A DNA stretch of 64,000 nt, taken from contig JBBIRS010000002.1 in NCBI GenBank assembly GCA_037441675.1, positions 167,249 through 231,248 on the forward strand. Direction: 5' to 3'. Below, piece after piece: positions 1 through 11,320 of the stretch. This stretch comes from Planctomycetales bacterium. GTDB lineage: Bacteria; 4484-113. The first letter of the stretch is position 1, and the number at the start of each line of letters is the position of its first letter. The notes below the pieces were generated by a model, which ran no database searches, was not told the origin of the DNA, and saw only the letters and a program-made list of their open reading frames with translations. The translations under genes and the position numbers were made by a program.

Positions 1-2
1 AT

Positions 3-3000
3 GAACGGCGTTCAAACAGGATTGTTTTCAAACCCCCTACTGGTCCATCCAATCGCGCAAGAAATCTACGCCTTATAAATACTGACGGAGCCTTTACCCT
101 TAGATGGAATTATACAAACGTTGGAGATTACAACCAAGATGGTGCGGTCACAATTGCAGATGTTCTCCCCTTAGCGAGAGAATTCAGAAAACCTGTGACT
201 CCCGATAATGAGTGGATTGACGGCGATGGTGATGGCTCAATTAACATCTCGGATGTGAAACCTCTTGCGGATAACTTCTTTAGTGTATGCGAGGGTTACA
301 AGGTTCAGGGTTCGGACTCATCTCTCTTTTCCTGGACAGAAATTGGCACTATCACCAGAGCGGAAGCGACTGGGCCTGGAACCTTAACCTTTAATTTTGA
401 AATTACTGACCTTTCTACTTATCAGACCTTCAGAGTTATTCCCTACGATAATCAAAACATTGACGGCGAACCTAGTGAGGATACCCTTCACGCTTATTCT
501 TTAACTATTTCTGGAACGGTGGAATGGAACACTGGTGGAGGGGTGAATGGCGCGAACGTTACTGTCACACCTGATAATTATCTTTCCATCAATTACGCCA
601 CAACTGGTGCCGATGGAAAATTCGAAGTCCCGGTTGCCCCAGGAATGTATCCAGTGAAAATTCTAACGCGTGTTAGCTATACAGAGCCTGACACAAACCT
701 AGAGCTAACCGGCTTTAAGTGGACGGATACTTTGAACGATGTCGTTGCCATTCCACCAATAACGATTACTTTGACTGACCCTGCCAATTCAGAATTGACG
801 GTCAGCGGTGGGCAGGCTCAGAACGCTGATGGCAGTATCGTTATTGAAGGTCTTGATGCAAGCATTGCAAAGGTTTGGGCGGAATCCTACGATCCAGATG
901 AGAATCCAGAGGCTTTTCCAGGTTCTTACGAGGAAGGCGGACTCTTCTCACTTAACTCTTCGGTTTACATGTGGGCTACCGCTCAGGATACTAGCGGGTC
1001 CCAAGTTGAATGGCTATTCCAACCCGCAACCGTCAAACTGGAAATCCCCCAGACCCAGTGGCGAGACCTAACTGATATAAACGCTGGAAATGGAAGAATT
1101 GATGTTCCGATTTATGATTTTGAAGAAACTTCAGGTGAGTGGGTAGCTAGCAATGACGGTTAGCTGATTGATGAGGCTGGAAGCATCATTCCCGAAAGCG
1201 AGGAGCAGGCAATCACCCGTGGAACGTTCGGTGGACGCGTTTTTGTTACCTTTGAGGCTCCTCACTTCTCCTATTGGAATGTTGATTATCCATATATTTA
1301 TGTCTGGACACTCTCAAGACTGCCACGGGATAAAAGGAACACGGAAGTTCTATACAAGGCGATGAAGCTAGCAGAGACAATCGCCAAATCCCAAAAGTGG
1401 AAAGATGCGTATGCGAAGGTCAACAAGCCTGGAGCAACAATTGATAGTGAATACTTCACCAATGGCCAGCCTGATAATGCCGGTAAAACCGCACCTGAGG
1501 TTAACACACGCGCTATGGACTGGAATAAAGAAGTAGTTAGGGCTGATGGAAGTACATATACCACCACAACTAATGGCGAGTATTGGGGAAGAGTAAAGGA
1601 TTGGCGTCAGGACGAATTCTACATCAATAGTGCGATGTGGAATATTTACACTCAGGGTGGCACAGAGAGAAAGAAGAAAGAGGCAATTGTCCTTATGGCT
1701 TCAACAATACTCCACGAGTTTGCGCACCAGAAACAGCATGTGAAGAAGGGGGAAGAGGAAACGGAGGAAGTTGGCAAGCGACTTGAGAAGGACATCTTTG
1801 GAGGAGATGTTCACTACTGGCCAGACACTGGACTGGAGCTTGATGGCAACCCTGTAGATGATGCGACACTAGATGGCTGGCTTAATAGCGATAGCTGGCC
1901 AACTGGAGGCGCTGGAGGAAGCTCTCTTCGGGAAACAAGCGCGGTTGGTGATTCGGGACTTCAGCTTACCATCTCTACTGAATCATCCACATTTAACCCC
2001 GTTGATCCGATTTGGATAGATGTTACTTTCAGAAATAACGGAAGTTCCGCCATTCAGGTACTAGACAATATTTTCGCCATTCATTACCCGGTGCGATTCG
2101 TTATCAATGATCAGGGCGGACAAAGCGTGGAGTGGCTTGGACCCATGCTGGATATGAATATTCACCCAAGCTCATTCAAGAGGCTAAATCCGGGCGAGGA
2201 AAGTAGTGATCAGTTTGATCTACGCTACGATGAGCTCGGCAATCGTTTCCGCTTTGACTTATTTAACCCTGGCACTTACACAATCAAAGCAGTTTACACG
2301 GAATTCCTGCCTCCCTTTGACCCAGTTGAAAGCAACGAAATTACGATAACAGTAGAAACGGGTCCAACAACAACCGTTAGTGGAAATGTTACTGACGATG
2401 GAGGAAATCCCGTTGCGGATGCAAAGGTTTACCTTAGCACACTCAGCTCACTCTACGGAACTACCACCACCGATTCTAGCGGATACTACGAGTTCACAGG
2501 TGTCAGTCAGGGCAATTACGTTATGGGATTCGCAAAGAATGGATATCAAGCCAAGATGGACACAATTTCTGTCCTTCCACCTGACCCCGTCGCGAAGGAT
2601 GTTCAGCTCGCTTTGAACGCTGATGTTCCATTTACTCAACCTGTCTTTGATATTCCTGACCCCAACGTTGACCAAGTGGGGGGAACCGCTAGCTTCAGTG
2701 GTTACTTAACTTACTTTAATGGATTACAGATTGCGCGAGCCCTCAATGGTAGTTTCAGCCTTGTTCCATTCAATTATCAGGGTTCTGGATATGGCTCATT
2801 TAACGACCTTATAATACTCACCACCGGTGGCAATGGAATTCGCTACTACGCAGCTAACGAGCTTGGCTTTTCCATATCCCAGCAGTTTGTGGTGGCGTGG
2901 CAACCACCAGGTGATGTTTTATTCCGCGCTACGCTAACCTGGGACGGTCTTGGCGATATGGATCTACACGTTCAGGATCCCAACAACGAGCACTCCTACT

Positions 3001-3323
3001 ACAACAATAAGACCATCGGCTCTGGATTTTTGGATGTGGATAATACATCTGCCTACGGACCAGAAAACTTCACCTGCATAGTGTATGAAGGAAATCAGCC
3101 AATTGCAGGAACGTACCACATTTGGGTGAATTTCTTCTCAGGCCCTGAGCCAAGAAACTGCACCATTACTCTGAGGGCAAATATTGGCGAGACCTTCGAA
3201 TCCGTTGTCACAAGTGGTCCTTACTTGCTTTCAAGCGGAGATTGGTATGCGATTGATGTCAATGTAGACGATACGGGATATGTAACATGGACAATTCCCG
3301 GAACGCCACCGCTATCTCCCTAA
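3..3323 (+). pseudogene. Large surface protein (5' end outside window) interrupted by one in-frame TAG at 1161-1163: dockerin-like/Fn3 module, HFSYWNVD domain, HEXXH zincin-like domain, Ig and carboxypeptidase-regulatory-like domains, C-terminal YfaP/DUF2135-like domain
   Basis: Frame is open from position 3 (..WNYTNVGDYNQDGAVTIADVLPLA..). After the TAG the same frame continues (LIDEAGS..PHFSYWNVDYP..) into ORF 1362..3323, which has ILHEFAHQ and LTWDGLGDMDLHVQDP..FLDVDNTSAYGPENF. Confidence 0.8.
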
Positions 3324-3359
3324 GAGTAGAAGCGGTCTAAAAGTACCTGTCGAAACGCG

Positions 3360-3395
3360 AGTGGCTCCCATAATGGTAATGGGACCACTTTTTTT
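3360..3395 (+). terminator. Intrinsic terminator
   Basis: gtggctcccat/atgggaccac stem followed by a T run, ~37 nt after the stop at 3323, between convergent genes. Confidence 0.7.
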
Positions 3396-3463
3396 ACCAA
3401 AGTCTCCTTGCGCGAAGCATCAATAGTCACAGCTCATCTTCGTTTATTCATTTAGCGGGAAAT

Positions 3464-4636
3464 TTACTCGAAGGCGGGCAAGCCTGTTAACGCCTCGCCG
3501 AGAATTAGGCTGTGAATTTCGTGCGTCCCTTCATAAGTGATTACGCTTTCAAGGTTGCACATATGCCTCATCACGTGATACTCAAGCATAATTCCATTTG
3601 CCCCGAGAATTTGGCGTGCGGTTCTAGCAATTACAAGAGCATCTCGAACATTATTTCTCTTTGCCATTGATATCATCTGAGGAGTAGCTTTCCCTTTCTC
3701 CTTCAATCGTCCCAACCTGAGGTTTAATAACTGCATCTTCGTAATCATTGTTGCTGACTCGGCAAGCTTATCCTGAGTTAGCTGAAACCCGGCAATTGGT
3801 TTCCCGAATTGAACCCTTTCCTTTGAGTAATTAAGGGCGGTTTCAAAACAAAACATTGCTGAACCACAGGCTCCCCATGCAATGCCGTAACGCGCTTGAT
3901 TCAAGCAAGAAAGTGGAGCAGAAAGTCCAACAGCTTTTGGAAGAACATTCTCCTCAGGCACAAATACGTCCTGAAGCACAAGGCTACTTGTGACGCTTGC
4001 TCTTAAAGAAAGTTTTCTCTCATACAACGGCGCGGAAAAACCGTGAAAATCCTTCTGAACTAAGAACCCTAGCACAATTCCTTCATCGTTTTTAGCCCAA
4101 ACAACCGCTAAATCCGCAATTGAGCCATTGGTAATCCAAGCCTTTTCGCCATTTAATTTCCATCCGCCTTGAACTTTTTCAGCCCGCGTAACCATTCCCG
4201 CAGGATTACTACCATAGTCTGGCTCGGTTAATCCAAAACAACCAATTATCTCACCGCGCGCAAGCTTTGGCAAAAGATTCTTTTTTTGTTCGTCAGTCCC
4301 ATACTTGAAAATTGGAAACATAACTAGCCCACTTTGCACAGATACAAAGCTTCTTAATCCAGAGTCTCCCCACTCTAGTTCTTGATTTATAAGACCGTAA
4401 GCTACCTCAGAAACGTTGGCACAGCCATACTCCTGCGGTAATGTTGCTCCAAAGACGTTTAGCTCTGCAAGCTCTTTAACAACCTCTTGCGGGAATCGCT
4501 CCTCTTCATAGGCTTCTTCAATGGTTGGAAGATACCTCTTTTGAACCCAGCTCCTCACAGCATTCCTGATGAGAATTTCCTCTTCGGTGTATTCCTCTTC
4601 AACTAGCAGAATATCCATCGGATTTAGTCTTTCCAC
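3464..4636 (-). CDS. gcdH: Acyl-CoA dehydrogenase, glutaryl-CoA dehydrogenase-like
   Basis: DSGLRSFVSVQSGLVMFPI, GCFGLTEPDYGSNP, CLNQARYGIAWG, TYEGTHEIH; AGGAGG RBS. Confidence 0.85.
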   Translation of the reverse strand: MERLNPMDILLVEEEYTEEEILIRNAVRSWVQKRYLPTIEEAYEEERFPQEVVKELAELNVFGATLPQEYGCANVSEVAYGLINQELEWGDSGLRSFVSVQSGLVMFPIFKYGTDEQKKNLLPKLARGEIIGCFGLTEPDYGSNPAGMVTRAEKVQGGWKLNGEKAWITNGSIADLAVVWAKNDEGIVLGFLVQKDFHGFSAPLYERKLSLRASVTSSLVLQDVFVPEENVLPKAVGLSAPLSCLNQARYGIAWGACGSAMFCFETALNYSKERVQFGKPIAGFQLTQDKLAESATMITKMQLLNLRLGRLKEKGKATPQMISMAKRNNVRDALVIARTARQILGANGIMLEYHVMRHMCNLESVITYEGTHEIHSLILGEALTGLPAFE

Positions 4637-4717
4637 TTTGTTACCTCCTTCACAAGAATTATATCAGCCCACTTGCATTTCATTGAGAAAAGAATTACAC
4701 TGATACTGAGATACAAA

Positions 4718-5170
4718 ATGGCACATAACCTTGCAAAAGAAGTCTTTCTTGAGTATCTGAATAGGCAGGCCTTGAAGGTGACCCGTCCTCGTCTCAAGAT
4801 TCTTGACGTTATCTTCTCAAGGGAAAAGTTTCATTTTCAAGCGGATGATTTACTTGAAGTGGTGAATGCTAGAAGCAAGGAGCGCGTTTCTCGCGCCACT
4901 GTCTACAGAACTTTGGAGCTATTGGAAGAATGTGGGCTTGTTAGAAAAGAACGTTACAAGGATCAGGTGGGCATCTATGAACGCACTCTCGGAGACGAAC
5001 ATCACGACCATTTGATCTGTACGGAATGCGGTAAAATCATTGAGTTTCATTCGCCTCAACTTGAACAGATGAAGAACAAGGTCGCGCGTGCGAACAAATT
5101 CACACCTACTCGTCACGTATTGCAAATCTTTGGGGTCTGCGAATCCTGCGCGAAGAAATTCAGATACTAG
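4718..5170 (+). CDS. fur: Fur-family metal-responsive regulator
   Basis: VSRATVYRTLELL HTH, HHDHLICTECG, C-terminal CxxC. ATG 4718 preferred as start. Confidence 0.85.
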   Translation: MAHNLAKEVFLEYLNRQALKVTRPRLKILDVIFSREKFHFQADDLLEVVNARSKERVSRATVYRTLELLEECGLVRKERYKDQVGIYERTLGDEHHDHLICTECGKIIEFHSPQLEQMKNKVARANKFTPTRHVLQIFGVCESCAKKFRY

Positions 5171-5172
5171 AA

Positions 5173-7632
5173 TTAGAGCTCATTTGTATCGATTAGTTTC
5201 TTACCTGTTGAGCTCCTTTTTAGGCCTAAGCCGATGGCTAGCTGTCCTAAAGACACGCCCGCGTCATTTACTGGCACTCCACTTTGAGCAATAACTCTTA
5301 ATCCCAATGCCTTCAGCTTGTTATGCATTCCCTCTAAAAAAAGTTTATTCTGAAAGCATCCTCCGCTTAAGATTACTTGATTTACTCCCAACTCTTCAGA
5401 TGTTTTACTAGCTACTTCACTGAAACCTGAAATTAACATATCAATAAATGCCCTTGCTAATTGGCGTACAAGCGGAGGTAAATCTAAATGTGAAGTTAAC
5501 GAGAGATTTCTATCAGAGAGAGTAAAAGGAACGAAACCATTGCTCAGAAGTCTCTCAATTGCTCTCGTGATAGCACTTCGCCAATCTAATATAAGAAGAT
5601 AATCCTTCTCAAATATCCTATAAGGAAGCGGTTCGCATTTGTCAGCTTGAGATGCGCACATCTCAAGTTCAATCGCTGGTTGAGCTTCATAACTTGCTTG
5701 ATTGCAGATTCCCAGAATTGCGGAAAAGGCATCAAAAAGCCTACCTAGAGAAGTGGAAGGGACTAATCCGACACCGTCACGTATCATCTTCAGTACTACT
5801 CTTCCTCCTTCCACATTCTTTGGGCTAAGATAACTAAGAGCATCCTCTGCCAAAGAAGGCTCAGTAGAATAAATTGCGGATAATCCCAGCCTCCAAGGCT
5901 CGTGTATACTTGCCTCTCCACCGGGAAGATTGAGAGTGTAAATAGTTGCAACACGTTCGAACGAATTTAAGTCACCCACCAAGACCTCCGCACCCCAGAT
6001 TGTTCCGTCATCGCCATAACCTGTTCCGTCAAATGAAAGAGCTATCACTTGTCCATTAATATGGTTCTCAATGTAGGCAGAGGCAAGATGCGAATGATGA
6101 TGTTGAGCCTCTATGAATTTTGCATCATTTTTCTTGGCAAAAACTCTTGCAAGCTTCTTTGAATAATACAAAGGATGCTTGTCCGCAACTACTACTTCCG
6201 GTTTCTGGCGGAAAAGCTTTTGGTAGTGCTCAAGTGTTCTTCTATGAAAAGCTTGAGCAAAAATATTTTCCATATCTCCAAGATGAGGACTAATGACAGC
6301 GAACCTTCCAATAGATAAGCAGAAGGTTGACTTCAAGTCCGCCCCAAAACCTAATATAGATTGGGCAAGACATTCTTCATCCTCCCTTGTTGCAAGCGCT
6401 ACGGGATAGGGGGCATAACCTCTACCAATCCGCAAAGTTCTGGGAACTCCCATTATGAATCTCACAATGGAATCATCGCTCGGCGCAACTATTCTCCTAT
6501 TATGCATTAGGAAATAGTCTGCGATACCTGCGAGCCTTAAGAGCGCTTCCTCATTTTCAAAGGCTAAAGGTTCTTCGGAAAGATTTCCACTCGTCATAAC
6601 TAAAACCTGAAGAGTCCTATCCTCACCATCAGCCAAGGGGGTGTTGAACAAAAGAAGATGCAAGGGTGAATAAGGAACCATAACACCAAAAAGACTAGTT
6701 CTCGGCGCAACCAGAGGAGAAATCTTCTCACTAATTACGGTGTCTTTCTTTTCTAAAAGGACTATCGGGCTTATTGGGCTAGCAAGAAGAGCCATCTCAT
6801 CTGAGTTAATTTTTACAAGCTGACTCAGAAGGGCAATGTCCTTTACCACTATTGCTAAAGGCTTAAAGCGCGCTCTTCTCTTTCTCTCTCGTAACCTCTC
6901 AACCACAGAATTATTAAATGCGTCACAGGCAAGATGAAATCCGCCAATGCCTTTAATCGCTAGAATTGCGCCATCGGCTAGAAGCCTTACCGCCTTTTCA
7001 AGCGCATCCTCTCTTTCCGCTATGATTTCTCCATTGGTATTTGTTAGGAACACCTGAGGTCCACATACATGGCAGGCGTTTGGCTGGGCGTGATACCTTC
7101 TATTTGCCGAGTCCTCATATTCCGCTCGGCACTCTTCACACATTAAAAAGTCCTTCATAGTGGTATTCGGTCGGTCATAGGGAAGAGCTTCTATGATTGA
7201 ATAACGAGGTCCACAGTTGGTACAGTTAATAAATGGATAGCGATATCTGCGGTCATTCCTGTCAAGAAGTTCCTTTGCGCAATCATTACAAATGGCTGTA
7301 TCTGGCGAGACTAAAGTGACTTCTCCTTCAGCTTCTTCGCTCTCTTTGATATGAAAACCCAAAAGACCCACAGGCGGAAGAATTTCCTTGAAGGAACTTG
7401 TTATTCGGGAGATGGGAGGAGCTTCGCTATGGACTCTTTCAAAAAAATTAAGACAAGCTTCCATCTCTCCCTCAACTTCACAAAGGACACCCGTAGTTGA
7501 ATTTAGGACCCAGCCCGAAAGCTTCTCTTCCCTAGCAATGCGAGCAAGCGTTGGACGGAAACCAACACCTTGCACAATACCGGTGAAGTAGCACCTTAGG
7601 CGAACAACATCTGTATGAGCCTTATCAGTCAA
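5173..7632 (-). CDS. hypF: Carbamoyltransferase HypF ([NiFe]-hydrogenase maturation)
   Basis: VQGVGFRP acylphosphatase domain, zinc fingers (CTNCGPRY, HAQPNACHVCGP), QHHHSH, DGTGYGDDG, NDAGVSLGQ. Confidence 0.97.
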   Translation of the reverse strand: MTDKAHTDVVRLRCYFTGIVQGVGFRPTLARIAREEKLSGWVLNSTTGVLCEVEGEMEACLNFFERVHSEAPPISRITSSFKEILPPVGLLGFHIKESEEAEGEVTLVSPDTAICNDCAKELLDRNDRRYRYPFINCTNCGPRYSIIEALPYDRPNTTMKDFLMCEECRAEYEDSANRRYHAQPNACHVCGPQVFLTNTNGEIIAEREDALEKAVRLLADGAILAIKGIGGFHLACDAFNNSVVERLRERKRRARFKPLAIVVKDIALLSQLVKINSDEMALLASPISPIVLLEKKDTVISEKISPLVAPRTSLFGVMVPYSPLHLLLFNTPLADGEDRTLQVLVMTSGNLSEEPLAFENEEALLRLAGIADYFLMHNRRIVAPSDDSIVRFIMGVPRTLRIGRGYAPYPVALATREDEECLAQSILGFGADLKSTFCLSIGRFAVISPHLGDMENIFAQAFHRRTLEHYQKLFRQKPEVVVADKHPLYYSKKLARVFAKKNDAKFIEAQHHHSHLASAYIENHINGQVIALSFDGTGYGDDGTIWGAEVLVGDLNSFERVATIYTLNLPGGEASIHEPWRLGLSAIYSTEPSLAEDALSYLSPKNVEGGRVVLKMIRDGVGLVPSTSLGRLFDAFSAILGICNQASYEAQPAIELEMCASQADKCEPLPYRIFEKDYLLILDWRSAITRAIERLLSNGFVPFTLSDRNLSLTSHLDLPPLVRQLARAFIDMLISGFSEVASKTSEELGVNQVILSGGCFQNKLFLEGMHNKLKALGLRVIAQSGVPVNDAGVSLGQLAIGLGLKRSSTGKKLIDTNEL

Positions 7633-7664
7633 CAGGAAAGATTATACCTTGCCAGAGATCATTC

Positions 7665-7729
7665 TTGACAGCCAACGCCGTCTATGATATATTGACTGAC
7701 TGGCCAGTCAATGACTGAACAGTCAGTCA
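7665..7729 (+). promoter_or_regulatory. Sigma70 promoter with tandem TetR-type operators
   Basis: TTGACA (7665-70), 17 nt, TG-n-TATATT (7688-93). Two TGACTG-N6-CAGTCA palindromes at 7693-7710 and 7712-7729. Confidence 0.8.
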
Positions 7730-7780
7730 GATACAATAAGCTTTTTTATAAGTTTATCCAAAACGTTTATTGAGACTAAT

Positions 7781-8434
7781 ATGTCGCTGAAAGAAAAAAT
7801 TTCAGCTATGCCTGAAAAGGCGAGAGAAATACTTACCGCAGCATTACCCATCTTTGCGGATAAAGGATACTATCAGACTACGATATACGATATCGCACAC
7901 CGCGCCGGTATCGCTAAGGGAACCATTTACTTATACTTCTCAAACAAAGAAGACCTTTATCTAAACCTTCTACTCTTTGTCTCGCATCAAATTAACGAGG
8001 GTATCAGGAAAAAGATTCAAAGTGTCGAAGACACTTGGGAAAAACTGAATATCGCTATGGATATTCACTTCTCCAACCTTATCAGGTTCAAGTCACACTA
8101 TTTAGTAACAGATTCAACATTAGCAAAGCCATTTAGGGAGGCGGAAGCTTTTCGCCTTGCCAAGATAGAGCATATAAAAATCTACGAAGAAATACTTGAA
8201 CAGCATTTTAGAAAACTCGGCTTAGGTGCCCCATTCTCTTTGCGAACCGCAGCGCTCATAATTACTGGTGGTCTTACCAGTTATGCTCGCTTTCACTTCC
8301 TGAAAGATTATGCACCTAGCCCGGCTGAGTACCTTCAGGTATTCAAACAAATCATCAGAAATGCTCTCGTAATGAAGCCATCAAGAATGAATTCTCCTAC
8401 CACTTTAAAGCCGAAAAGGGGGAAAAATGAATAA
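7781..8434 (+). CDS. TetR/AcrR-family regulator
   Basis: GYYQTTIYDIAHRAGIAKGTIYLYFSNKEDL HTH; first gene of the efflux operon. Confidence 0.92.
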   Translation: MSLKEKISAMPEKAREILTAALPIFADKGYYQTTIYDIAHRAGIAKGTIYLYFSNKEDLYLNLLLFVSHQINEGIRKKIQSVEDTWEKLNIAMDIHFSNLIRFKSHYLVTDSTLAKPFREAEAFRLAKIEHIKIYEEILEQHFRKLGLGAPFSLRTAALIITGGLTSYARFHFLKDYAPSPAEYLQVFKQIIRNALVMKPSRMNSPTTLKPKRGKNE

Positions 8435-10034
8435 GGTTTTTATTAAAAACGCACTTTACCTTCTGCCTATTTTTTATTCCTTCTTCTTAAGTGGAAATAT
8501 GAGCAAGATTGCTTATTCTGAAGATACTTTGACTAAAGCGGGAGAGGTAAAAACCTCACTTTCCACCGAAGCTAGCGATACGCACAACGAAGTGACCGAT
8601 CTGGGCAAGAAGGAGGAACCAGGCGCAGAGGACGTAAATGAGGCGCAATCCAGCATTACTCCCACGGATTCTCATACAACCAAGAATGCGGTCAGAATAA
8701 CAATTGAGGAGCTCATTGATATTGCGCTAGCGAATAACTACGACCTTAGAATTAAACAGAAGGAGGCTGAAACCGCTTTCTACGAATACCTGAAGATAAA
8801 GGGTGAGGCAGGACTGAGTCTTGATTTTACAAGCTCAATCACACGAAGTGGACCTCTGGTGAAATTTAAGTTTGATGCCGCTGGGTCTGAAACAACTTTT
8901 CAGAAAGAGGTGATTAGCAGGTCATCACTTCGCTTGTCCTATCCACTCACACCTCTCGGCAATCTAAGTTTAGGTGAAAAAGCAGCAGAGGCAAACTACC
9001 TGGCAAGGCAAGGACTTGTAGACAAGGAAGTTGCAAGCGCAATCACCGAAACCTATCAAGGCTACAAGAGCTATCTCATTGCCGAACAGGGAGTCGCACT
9101 AGCGGAGGAAGCCCTAGTTCTTGCGGAGGAACAGCTTAAAAACGCCACATTGCGCTTTGAGGAAGGCATATCTCCTCGTTTTGAGGTAATTCAAGGTGAA
9201 GTTGCGGTTTCAGAAGCCAAGGAAAATCTCATAAGTGCCTACAACACACTTGCGCTTGCCAGAAGCTCGCTCTTTCTAACGGTCGGTATAGATCCCTCAA
9301 ATTACTTCAATGGAGCGGATGTTGAAATTACTTACGATGCCTGGGTTGATTCGCTAGTTAAACAAGTTTCAGAAGTAGTTTTACCTCGGCTTGATGTTCA
9401 GGCGTTAACGAATTACTTCCTTGAAAGTACTCCCGATTTTCGCTTTCTCAAGAGCAACATACTTTCGCTTGAGGCTCAACTGGGCGCAAGAAAGCGATCG
9501 CCTATTCTCAATCTAACCGCAAGCTATACACATCAAAGTGGGTCAAGCTTCCAGAAGAGCAACACTTGGGAATACGGGCTAAGCGGAACTTTTAATCTTT
9601 TTGATTCAGGCAAGACTGAGAATTGGTTAAGAGCAATCAAAGCCCAGAAGGAGCAATTTGAGCTATCTCTTGAGCGTTACAAACAAGCCTTTGAATTAAG
9701 TATTACGGACAAGAAAAGCCAATTGGAGAGCGCGGTTTACGGTTGGCAAACTGCTAAGAATACCCTCTCCCAAGCGGAGGAGGCTCTTCGGATGTCTAGA
9801 ATAGGATATGAAGAGGGAGTTGTTACCCACGCTGACTTAGTCTCATCACGCACCGCATACCTCTCCGCAAAGCTAAGAGAGTTCTCACAAAGGCTTGAGA
9901 TTCTCTCAGCTTATCATTCGCTGCTAAGAGAAATTGGTATGACGGATGCAAGCTTATACCTGCCAAAGGATGTATCTGACTTTTATTGGATTCCAAGACC
10001 GATTGAGGAGGGACAGAGTGAGCAGAACAGCTAA
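8427..10034 (+). CDS. TolC-family outer membrane efflux protein
   Basis: IEELIDIALANNYDL and repeated RFEEGISPRFEV / GYEEGVVTHADL motifs; operon context. Confidence 0.88.
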   Translation: MNKVFIKNALYLLPIFYSFFLSGNMSKIAYSEDTLTKAGEVKTSLSTEASDTHNEVTDLGKKEEPGAEDVNEAQSSITPTDSHTTKNAVRITIEELIDIALANNYDLRIKQKEAETAFYEYLKIKGEAGLSLDFTSSITRSGPLVKFKFDAAGSETTFQKEVISRSSLRLSYPLTPLGNLSLGEKAAEANYLARQGLVDKEVASAITETYQGYKSYLIAEQGVALAEEALVLAEEQLKNATLRFEEGISPRFEVIQGEVAVSEAKENLISAYNTLALARSSLFLTVGIDPSNYFNGADVEITYDAWVDSLVKQVSEVVLPRLDVQALTNYFLESTPDFRFLKSNILSLEAQLGARKRSPILNLTASYTHQSGSSFQKSNTWEYGLSGTFNLFDSGKTENWLRAIKAQKEQFELSLERYKQAFELSITDKKSQLESAVYGWQTAKNTLSQAEEALRMSRIGYEEGVVTHADLVSSRTAYLSAKLREFSQRLEILSAYHSLLREIGMTDASLYLPKDVSDFYWIPRPIEEGQSEQNS

Positions 10035-11316
10035 AACAATCATTCTAACATTCGGAGGTTCACTTGGATTAATAATTCTTTCAGGGCTCTTCGTTGTCGT
10101 GAGAAATTTCCTGAAGCCCGAGGTAGTTAAAGTGCCACCAATATCAGTAGAGACTATCACCTCAGAAGTAAAACCTTTTTATGAAACCTACGTTTATACA
10201 GGAACGATAGTCGCAGACAAGTCAACGGTAATCCCAGCGCAGATTGAGTCCACCGTGAAAAAGATATTAGTTGACGAAGGAGATAATGTTAAGGGTGGGC
10301 AACTGCTAGTTGTTCTGGATGATGCCCAGTATCGTAATGAAGTCTCAGTCGCCAAGGCTTCGTATGAAATGGCAAAGCAGTCCCTAGCTTTAGCCCGTTC
10401 CGCGCGACCCGAACAGATAGCTCAGGCGGAGGCAAATTATCGCTCCTCAAAAATCTCGGCACAAAATGCACTAAGACACTATGAGAGAATGAAGGTGCTC
10501 TTTAGCGAGGGGGTTATCCCCAAAGCTCAACTGGAATCAGCTGAGTCGCAGTATGAAAATGCTCAATCTCTATTGACATCTGCTGAAGAGGGCTTGAAGA
10601 TGGCGAGAACTGGCGCCCGAGCTGAGGAGAAAAAATCATTACAAGCGGCACTTGAACTAGCGTCCGCACAGCTTCAAATTGCGCAAAGGCACTTGAGCTA
10701 TACGCGCATCTACGCTCCCTATGACGGAGAGATTTCAAATAAAATGGTTGAAGTAGGCGATTTTGTCGGCAAGGGGCAACAGGTAATTGAGATAGTATCT
10801 TCAAGAAATTTGAAAATTGAGATTTACGTGCCATCAGAAAAGGTGGGGCTACTTGAGATTGGGCAGAGTGCTGAGGTAAGAGTTGAGAGATTGGATGAAC
10901 CTTTAGAGGCAACCATAACTAGTATTGTCGAATCCGCTGACCCTCTCACCAGACTCTTCAAGGTCAATTTATCTTTGCCTTACAGGACAGGGCTCCTGCC
11001 AAACGATTTTGCCGAGGTGACGCTTAAGTGGAAATTGGGAGATGGAACGGTTGTGCTTCCTGCTTCGGCAATACTCTCGCCAGGCACGGAAGAGCCATAC
11101 ATCTTCGTAGTTGAAAATGGGAGGGCAAAGCGCGTAAACGTAACTCTAGGTTTGAGAAACGGCGAGTGGGCACAAATTCTTCAGCCTCTTAAGGGCGGGG
11201 AAGAAGTAGTCGTATCTGGACAAAACTTCCTTACGGATGGTTCCCTAGTCAATGTAAACACTACTTCAAACATTGAGACGGAACTTGAAAAAGGATCTCT
11301 CAGGAATACGGAGTAA
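10018..11316 (+). CDS. RND efflux periplasmic adaptor (membrane fusion protein)
   Basis: VDEGDNVKGGQLLVVLD, long alpha hairpin, IYAPYDGEI. GTG at 10018 follows GAGGAGG. Confidence 0.9.
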   Translation: MSRTAKTIILTFGGSLGLIILSGLFVVVRNFLKPEVVKVPPISVETITSEVKPFYETYVYTGTIVADKSTVIPAQIESTVKKILVDEGDNVKGGQLLVVLDDAQYRNEVSVAKASYEMAKQSLALARSARPEQIAQAEANYRSSKISAQNALRHYERMKVLFSEGVIPKAQLESAESQYENAQSLLTSAEEGLKMARTGARAEEKKSLQAALELASAQLQIAQRHLSYTRIYAPYDGEISNKMVEVGDFVGKGQQVIEIVSSRNLKIEIYVPSEKVGLLEIGQSAEVRVERLDEPLEATITSIVESADPLTRLFKVNLSLPYRTGLLPNDFAEVTLKWKLGDGTVVLPASAILSPGTEEPYIFVVENGRAKRVNVTLGLRNGEWAQILQPLKGGEEVVVSGQNFLTDGSLVNVNTTSNIETELEKGSLRNTE

Positions 11317-11320
11317 CTTT

